From contig JANNWY010000243.1 in assembly GCA_031409335.1 (NCBI GenBank), positions 1 through 12,183 of the forward strand: a stretch of DNA of 12,183 nucleotides. The letters run 5' to 3'. Both the position numbers and the translations under genes were made by a program. The notes under the pieces are model-generated. The model was not told the DNA's origin and searched no databases. It was given only the letters and a program-made list of their open reading frames with translations. Shown here in pieces: positions 6,476 to 12,183 of the stretch; position 1 is the first letter of the stretch; each line of letters starts with the position of its first letter. Source of the DNA: Chthoniobacteraceae bacterium. GTDB lineage: Bacteria > Verrucomicrobiota > Verrucomicrobiia > Chthoniobacterales > Chthoniobacteraceae.

Positions 6476-8632
6476 TTATCGCGGACTAGGCGAGTTAGGT
6501 TGATCAGGTAAGAGCGCCGGCTGCTCCGCCTTTCCGGCATTGCTGCCTTGGTGCACACAAAAGAGGTGGGTCGCGGTCTGCACAAAGAGCGCGCCGTTGG
6601 CGACGATCGGCCCGGTGTAAATGGGTGCCGGGAGTTCGACACAGCCGAGTAATCTCTTTTCTCTCGTCGCGGCGAAGATGTAAAAATCGCCGTCTTCGTC
6701 TCCCACGAAGACTTTCCCATCCGCGACGAGGGTCGATCCACAGATGTGAGCTTCAGCGTCGTGCCGCCAGTATTGCTGCCCCGTGACGGCATCGAGACAG
6801 TAGAGAAATCCGCTATAATCGGCGACAAAGAGCAAACTGCTGGCTGGGTCAATCGAGACCGTCGAGAGGCTCCGATAGATCTTCCTAAAGTCCCAGATCA
6901 CGCCGCTCTCGGTCACATCGCCACTCTTCGTTGCGTCGATACACAGCAGGCGGCCGACTCCTTCTTCGGATTCCGGACTCGCGCCGATCGCGACGTAAAC
7001 ACGATTCCGGAAAAACACAGGCGTCGCCATGATTTCGCTCGGTCCTTCAGGGGCTGCGTATTTGTGCTGCTTGTACTCCGGCGGGTTGCAATCAATCTTC
7101 CAAACCGTTTTCAGAATTCCTTTGCCGTTCTCATCCACCGGCCTGGCGTCAAAGGCATAGAGCCAGCCGTCCCCTGCGCCGAAGAAGACTAACTGCCGGC
7201 CATTGACGACGCCACTGGAAGGCGAACTCCACTGGGAGTGAAAGATTCGGGGCCCAATGTTTGCATCATCCTGCGCGAGCAACTTTCCCGTATGGCGATC
7301 CAGGGCGATGAAGCTGGGCGCGTGAGGCGAGGGAACGTTTTTATGGGTCCAGTCCATCCCGTTTCCGGTGTTCACGTAGATCACGTCACCGAGGACGAGC
7401 AGGGCAGACGCGGACGCGTTGTGCGGGTATACGCCAAGTTCGCCCATCAGGTCAAAGCGCCAGACAATGTCCGCATCGAGCGCTCCCGCCTGGACCGCCG
7501 GCTTGTTCGGACCGGCGATGTATTGGCCCTCATCGGTGAACGGTCCCACGTTTCCGCGCGCCAGGCCGTCGGTCGTGAGGCAAACGACCTCAGCGCGGTT
7601 CGTGACGAGGTAAACGCGATCATTGACGACCGTCGGAGCGGCGGTAATTCCCAAGTATTCCCAATCGTTCACTTTTCCCGAGGCGAGCTTCGGCACCACG
7701 AGCTGCCAAAGGAAGGCGCCAGTATTCTCATCAAGACACATGAGGATGCCTCGATCGTCCTTGAAACGTGGATCGCGGGGAGTGGCGTTGTTTGTGCCAA
7801 CGAACACCTTGCCACCAGCCACCACGAAATTGCCGTAGCTTTGGGAGCCGAGTTTCGCCACCCACTTTACGTTCCGCGTCGTGGCCATCTCAATGGTTTC
7901 GGTATCTTTGCGGAATTGGCCAGGGTTAAAAGTCTCGGGGAGATTGGTTCCCGCAGAGTACATATTGCGGCCTGGATCGGCTCCGCCCCAGGACGGCCAA
8001 TCGGCCCGCTCGCGTTGCATCGCCCTGCTGCTGCGATCGGCCAAGATCACCACCAAAGCCTGATCTTGGCTTGCAAAGCTAATATCAGAAACGTTCTGCG
8101 CGAACGTCTCGGACCATTTCAGCGTCCATTCCGGCATCTGCCAGAGATCAATTCGTGAACCTCCGTTGGTGCTGGCGAACCACAGACCGTCCGAAGAAAA
8201 GCTCAAGCGAGGATTGCTTCCCGTCTCCGTGGGAACGTTGCAGAGCAACGCGCCGTCCTCGATTCGCCAAACCTTGACCTTGCCCGGCCAACCGCTGGAG
8301 CCGCCCGCCGCTGCCAGCAGACGTCCGTCTGGCGAAAACGCCACGGCTTTTGGCTGACAGAGGTAGTAGGTGCGCAGTGTCGTCCCATCGCGGGTGCGAC
8401 CGTACTTCAGATGGCCGTTGGCAGTGGCAAACACGTAATACTCCCCGTCAGGCGAGCAGGTCGCCAGTGTCAGCCCAGCCGCTGGAATGGACTCGGAAGG
8501 TGCGGGAGATTTAGTCGGGTTAGTTAACTGCAAGCCGGCAGAAATATCTTGTGCTCGACTGTATAAGGTGTTGAGCGCGAAAAGGACCGCGGCGCTGGTT
8601 ACGAATAGGCGAATGCGATTGGGCAGTTTCAT
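6476..8632 (-). CDS. Secreted PQQ-binding-like (BamB-like) beta-propeller protein with an N-terminal WD40 region
   Basis: Signal-like MKLPNRIRLFVTSAAVLFALNTLYSRA. About 4 WD40 blades (e.g. AVAFSPDGRLLAAAGG...VKVWR). Then ADWPSWGG...RN, NVKWVAKLGSQSYG, LMCLDENTGAFLW, LYCLDAVTGQQYW, TLVADGKVFVGDEDG, PIVANGALFVQT. SD-like AAAGGA upstream of the ATG. Confidence 0.9.
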   Translation of the reverse strand: MKLPNRIRLFVTSAAVLFALNTLYSRAQDISAGLQLTNPTKSPAPSESIPAAGLTLATCSPDGEYYVFATANGHLKYGRTRDGTTLRTYYLCQPKAVAFSPDGRLLAAAGGSSGWPGKVKVWRIEDGALLCNVPTETGSNPRLSFSSDGLWFASTNGGSRIDLWQMPEWTLKWSETFAQNVSDISFASQDQALVVILADRSSRAMQRERADWPSWGGADPGRNMYSAGTNLPETFNPGQFRKDTETIEMATTRNVKWVAKLGSQSYGNFVVAGGKVFVGTNNATPRDPRFKDDRGILMCLDENTGAFLWQLVVPKLASGKVNDWEYLGITAAPTVVNDRVYLVTNRAEVVCLTTDGLARGNVGPFTDEGQYIAGPNKPAVQAGALDADIVWRFDLMGELGVYPHNASASALLVLGDVIYVNTGNGMDWTHKNVPSPHAPSFIALDRHTGKLLAQDDANIGPRIFHSQWSSPSSGVVNGRQLVFFGAGDGWLYAFDARPVDENGKGILKTVWKIDCNPPEYKQHKYAAPEGPSEIMATPVFFRNRVYVAIGASPESEEGVGRLLCIDATKSGDVTESGVIWDFRKIYRSLSTVSIDPASSLLFVADYSGFLYCLDAVTGQQYWRHDAEAHICGSTLVADGKVFVGDEDGDFYIFAATREKRLLGCVELPAPIYTGPIVANGALFVQTATHLFCVHQGSNAGKAEQPALLPDQPNSPSPR

Positions 8633-8832
8633 AGTTTTCCTTTCTCAGCGATGCTCCAGATCTTTATGACGTCATCAGTACCACCAGAGGCGATGCGCTT
8701 CCCATCTGGACTGAAAGCGACACCGTGGACTGTCTTTTTGTGCCGACCTAAGGTCAGGATTTCCTTTCTTTGTGAGGTTACTGTTTTTTCACGGCCAGCC
8801 CCGGCGCTCGCGAACCGGAGCTCAGCGATCAC
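8629..8832 (-). pseudogene. Remnant of a WD40-repeat gene (single C-terminal blade)
   Basis: KEILTLGRHKKTVHGVAFSPDGKRIASGGTDDVIKIWS is one near-consensus WD40 repeat. The ~20 preceding residues are not WD40-like. Its TGA overlaps the PQQ start codon (ATGA, 8629-8632). Confidence 0.7.
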
Positions 8833-8950
8833 CCGGACCGACCATTGGTCTTCACCCTCTAAAGAAGGAACCGCGGCTCAGGATTTCAGGAAAAGTGAAC
8901 CTTCTTGCGGAGGCCGGTGCCACCGAGGGACGAGGAGCGGCGGGTTCGCA
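8809..8950 (-). other. Imperfect 142-nt hairpin with degenerate integron attC-like ends
   Basis: TGCGAAC-CCGCC-GCTCCTCG ... GCTGAGC-TCCG-GTTCGCG, with nested inner pairings, starting 11 nt after the GNAT stop. Confidence 0.35.
8863..8888 (-). promoter_or_regulatory. Second copy of the putative ECF-like promoter, upstream of the WD40 remnant/PQQ gene
   Basis: TGAAAT-N16-TTCT identical to 5830-5855. Confidence 0.28.
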
Positions 8951-8961
8951 GCCGATTGCCC

Positions 8962-9495
8962 TTAAACAAGCCTTTCAAATATTTCTTCCAGCCCATCCTC
9001 TTCATCGATCTGGGAACCAATCTTCCGAAAGCTCAACTTCGTGGCGAGCTCTTGGGATGCCTGGTTCTCCGGACTGATGCTGAGAACAAAACGGTGCACT
9101 CGATGCTGGGTGCAGGCCCACTGGATCAGAGCCTCGATCGCTTCCTGCGCGAACCCGCGCCTCCGCCATGCCTCCATCACGCCGTAGCCGAGTTCCACCG
9201 TTTTCGGTGCCGAGGCCGGCGTACTGAACGGCCCGGAGTGGCATCCGATGTCGCCGATCAATTGGCCTTCACTGCGCAAGACCATGCCGCGGATCGACCA
9301 AGGTTGGAACGCCGGGTTGGCTTCCAGTTGACGGAGCCGCAGCTCCAAAGCACCCCGGCGGATCTCCCAGCTTTGGGGAACAGAAGCGCCGAGCAGTCGC
9401 CCGATCTCGTTCCGGTCCAGCTCCAGGGCCGCACGGAGGATCGCAGGGGACAACGGGATAAGGTCGAGCCGCTTGGTCTGAATTATCACGCTCAT
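8962..9495 (-). CDS. GNAT N-acetyltransferase, RimJ/RimL-like (177 aa), copy 2
   Basis: Same motifs as copy 1, with 15 amino-acid differences over 177 aligned residues. Confidence 0.92.
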   Translation of the reverse strand: MSVIIQTKRLDLIPLSPAILRAALELDRNEIGRLLGASVPQSWEIRRGALELRLRQLEANPAFQPWSIRGMVLRSEGQLIGDIGCHSGPFSTPASAPKTVELGYGVMEAWRRRGFAQEAIEALIQWACTQHRVHRFVLSISPENQASQELATKLSFRKIGSQIDEEDGLEEIFERLV

Positions 9496-9508
9496 CGGTC
9501 GAAGCGAT

Positions 9509-12183
9509 TTATCGCGGACTACGCAGGAGCGTTTTGGCCTCTTTGTAAGCCAGCCAGCAAATCAGGTCGTCCGGGCTTGCACCGTCCGCGAAGGGCTGGC
9601 GCTCGTCCGCAGGCAGCGGTTTCATTTCCGCCTCCGCTTCGGCGAAAAGCGTGCGCGCCTCCGCAGCCTTGCCTTGCTGGAAAAGACTCATCGCACGGAA
9701 AAACCGCGCGGTATCCCGCACATGCCGGTTGTCTTTGCCCGCCAGCTCCGCCGCGATCAGCGCCTCGTCTGCGGCTGGGTAGCCGCCGCTCCGGTATTCG
9801 GCCATGCCGAGAGCCATTTGATAGTAGGGCAAATATTGATGTGTCTTCCCAAGGTCCACGGCACGCCGGGCAAGGGTCAGGGCGGCTTCGAGTAATTGCG
9901 GATCGGTGGAAGGGAGAAGGCAATACGCTTTGGCTGCGCGATCAGCCGTGGAGGGATCGCCGGTTCCAGAGGCAGAGTTAACCACTCGGCGACAGGTCTC
10001 GGCATACTCTGCGTCTTGACGAAACCAAGCCTGCAGGACTGTGACCTTTTGTGCGAGGAATGTATCTCCCGGATGAAGCGCGGACGATTGCGCGAGAAGT
10101 GCGAGCTGTTCGGAGATGAGCGCGTCTGCTTGCTGCGCGTGGTTCGTCACCTTCGCGGTATCGCCCGCCGTGCGCGCGCTTTCCTCGAGAGCGAGGACGA
10201 CGCGGGTGAGGCTTGAAATCGTGGCAAGCACGGCATCATCGTCCTGCGGAATGCGCTCGCGGAGGTTTGCGAGAAGCTCGCGGAAGAGCGGTTCGGCCTC
10301 AGCGGATCGACCTTGCTCGTGGAGGAAGTCGGCGAGATTCGCCAGGCTCTCATCCCGGCGCCCGGAATCTCCGGGCGATTGCGCGCGCGAATCGGAAAGT
10401 TTTTTGCGATAAGCCTGTTCAAGGAGCTTCTTCGTGGTCGCGAGAGTCGGTGCCGGCCGGGGCGGGTGGAATGCCTCCGTCTGCGGCCATGCGCCGCCGG
10501 TGCGCTCAGCGTCTTCGATTTCCGCCCACGACGGCGCGCGCCAGAATTGGAACGTCCCGGTTGGGGCGCCTCCACCACCGACGAGCAGCGTGTTGCCATC
10601 GTCGGTGAACTCGACCTTGGAAAGCACCGTATGGTGGCCGGTCAGCGCCAGCAGTTCCTGCCGCGTCGTTACGTCCCACAGATCAACCGCCTGGTGCCCG
10701 CCGTTGCTCGCGGCGAGGCGTTGATTGTCCGGGGAAAAAGCCACGCCAAACACCGCTCCCATATTGCCTCGCAGGCGATCAATCTCCACCTGCCGCGTTG
10801 CGTCGTACAGACCGACGAATCCGCTCGGGCTCGCGATGGCCAACAGTTTTCCGTCGGGTGACAACGTAGCTCCGCTGATGGGCTCGTGTAGCGACAACCG
10901 TGTCAGATCGAATGCCTGGCGCGGGCGACGCCGACTTTCCGGCACGAGGCGCGGTAGCGTTCCTTCGCGAGGGCTCTTTTCAGGCGGCAACACTTCTTCT
11001 TCGAGCGTGAACAGATCAATGATTGACCACTTCCCCTCGCCACTCCGTCCCAGCACGCTCTGGCCACCGGGCAGCGGGATCGCCGCCTGAATGTGCGGAG
11101 GCAGATCGCGCAGTCCGTTCGCGGGCCGCGGCGCACGGTTATCCCAAAGCAACACCTCGCCATCCTTGCTGCCGCTGGCCAGAAAGCGGCCATCACCCGT
11201 GAACGCCACGGCTTGGACGTCGTGACCGTGGCCGCGCAATGGGGCATTCAGCTTCGCCCATCTCGCAGTATCCCAAAGCTGAATTGTCTGGTCTGCGGAC
11301 GCCGAAGCGAGCATCCGGCCATCCTTCGAAAAAATGAGTTCCGAGATATATCCCGTGTGGCCCTGGAGCTTTTTAATGACATCACCAGTCTTTGCATCGA
11401 GCACGCGGACTACGCGATCGCTGAAGCCCGTCGCAACCACGAGGGTAAGCCCATCCGGCGAAAGGTCCATCGCGGTAAAGCCAGCGTCACGTCCGCTCTC
11501 GGTCTCGCTCTCTTCGACATCACCAATGGGGATTTCCCAAAGCACGCCCGTATCCGGCACGCGCACACAACGCACCTTCGGTTCCACGGACCCGCCGCAA
11601 CTGACATAGAGCCGCTGTTTGTCGGGCGATAAGCGCGCGTTATTGAAATGCATGCCGCCGCCACGCGGCAGCGGATAACTCATCACCGGCTTGCCATCCT
11701 CGACGCGCAGCACCTGCACCAAATCCGGTCCGGCGGACAGCACCGCGAGCAACTCTCCATCGGGTGAAAAGGACAAGTCGCGAACGTAATCGCCGACGGT
11801 GCAGAGTATCGTGTCGGCGGCCGTGACGACGTTGTGCGTTTTCACCACACTGCGGCCCATGGTCGCCGCCAGGACCCCACCGCGCGGTGAGAAGGCGACG
11901 TGCGCCCGCTGGTCGAATGGCTCCTGCACCAGCCTGGCGAGCCGACGTTTCGCGACATCCCAAAGTTCCACCTGCCCGTCGAAGTATCCCACCGCCAGCC
12001 ACGCACCGTCCGGCGAAAAGCTCACCGAAAAAGCGCGCACGCCATCGCGCTTCGCGATCATCGCCTGCGCGCCGCTGCGGCACTGCTGCCAGAGGTAGCG
12101 CCATTCCCACCCGCGCAGGTCGAGATCGCCTTTCGCCGGCCGGTGCAGATCGAGCAATTGGCGCGCGCGTCCGAGGTTGTTCG
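9509..12183 (-). CDS. 5'-truncated WD40 + TPR protein, probably the C-terminal part of a PVC-type Ser/Thr kinase
   Basis: The frame is open to the window edge (NNLGRARQLLDLHRP...DLRGWEWRYLWQQC), a linker I recognise from kinase-WD40 proteins of Planctomycetota/Verrucomicrobiota. About 11 WD40 blades, then TPR-like helices (LANLADFLHEQGRSAEAEPLFRELL, YQMALGMAEYRSG, FFRAMSLFQQGKAAEARTLF). The kinase domain itself is not in the window. Confidence 0.85.
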   Translation of the reverse strand, partial: NNLGRARQLLDLHRPAKGDLDLRGWEWRYLWQQCRSGAQAMIAKRDGVRAFSVSFSPDGAWLAVGYFDGQVELWDVAKRRLARLVQEPFDQRAHVAFSPRGGVLAATMGRSVVKTHNVVTAADTILCTVGDYVRDLSFSPDGELLAVLSAGPDLVQVLRVEDGKPVMSYPLPRGGGMHFNNARLSPDKQRLYVSCGGSVEPKVRCVRVPDTGVLWEIPIGDVEESETESGRDAGFTAMDLSPDGLTLVVATGFSDRVVRVLDAKTGDVIKKLQGHTGYISELIFSKDGRMLASASADQTIQLWDTARWAKLNAPLRGHGHDVQAVAFTGDGRFLASGSKDGEVLLWDNRAPRPANGLRDLPPHIQAAIPLPGGQSVLGRSGEGKWSIIDLFTLEEEVLPPEKSPREGTLPRLVPESRRRPRQAFDLTRLSLHEPISGATLSPDGKLLAIASPSGFVGLYDATRQVEIDRLRGNMGAVFGVAFSPDNQRLAASNGGHQAVDLWDVTTRQELLALTGHHTVLSKVEFTDDGNTLLVGGGGAPTGTFQFWRAPSWAEIEDAERTGGAWPQTEAFHPPRPAPTLATTKKLLEQAYRKKLSDSRAQSPGDSGRRDESLANLADFLHEQGRSAEAEPLFRELLANLRERIPQDDDAVLATISSLTRVVLALEESARTAGDTAKVTNHAQQADALISEQLALLAQSSALHPGDTFLAQKVTVLQAWFRQDAEYAETCRRVVNSASGTGDPSTADRAAKAYCLLPSTDPQLLEAALTLARRAVDLGKTHQYLPYYQMALGMAEYRSGGYPAADEALIAAELAGKDNRHVRDTARFFRAMSLFQQGKAAEARTLFAEAEAEMKPLPADERQPFADGASPDDLICWLAYKEAKTLLRSPR

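Larger units (their letters stand above)
5830..6488. repeat. ~659-bp direct repeat, copy 1
   Basis: Ungapped match to 8863-9521 from agaaggaaccgcggctcagg to gcgatttatcgcggacta. About 38 mismatches by manual count. Extends to 5826 with one more mismatch. Confidence 0.97.
8863..9521. repeat. ~659-bp direct repeat, copy 2
   Basis: Matches 5830-6488 at a constant offset of 3033 with no indels. Confidence 0.97.

Noticed and set aside
6463..6852. 130-aa N-terminal extension of GNAT copy 1 in the ORF track
   Set aside because: It overlaps the PQQ gene out of frame, is S/R-rich, and is absent from copy 2.
6476..8005. Assignment as bamB or a true PQQ dehydrogenase
   Set aside because: No lipobox cysteine or bam gene context. 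It resembles the expanded PVC PQQ-like propeller family, and its function cannot be assigned from the sequence.
8754..8763. Third occurrence of GAAATCCTGA (also at 5845-5854 and 8878-8887)
   Set aside because: It encodes the WD40-typical EIL and lacks the downstream TTCT at the matching spacing; probably chance.
5830..9521. DGR template/variable repeat pair
   Set aside because: Mismatches are not adenine-specific on either strand (copy 1 bases at mismatches about 13 A, 9 T, 11 C, 5 G). The repeat spans a whole gene and no reverse transcriptase is present.
5830..9521. Composite transposon flanked by IS copies
   Set aside because: The repeats encode a GNAT, not a transposase, and have no terminal inverted repeats.
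12155..12157. TTG start for the 882-aa ORF
   Set aside because: The frame stays open to the window edge and the motif is internal to this protein family.

Overview
High-GC bacterial window, probably Verrucomicrobiota or another PVC lineage (inferred from the protein families). All credible genes are on the minus strand. In transcription order: the 3' part of a WD40+TPR protein (probably a Ser/Thr kinase whose kinase domain lies outside the window), RimJ/RimL-type GNAT copy 2, a one-blade WD40 remnant, a secreted WD40/PQQ-like beta-propeller fusion, GNAT copy 1, and a 1901-aa PEP-CTERM surface protein with autotransporter-associated beta-strand repeats and a ~340-aa internal duplication. The main structural feature is an ungapped ~659-bp direct repeat (5830-6488 / 8863-9521, offset 3033, about 38 mismatches by hand, ~94%). 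Each copy supplies the last codons and stop (SPR*) of a different upstream gene, a complete GNAT, and ~95 bp of non-coding DNA with a promoter-like motif. Copy 2 continues into a degenerate, attC-like long hairpin. No recombinase, transposase, reverse transcriptase, RNA gene or CRISPR array is visible.
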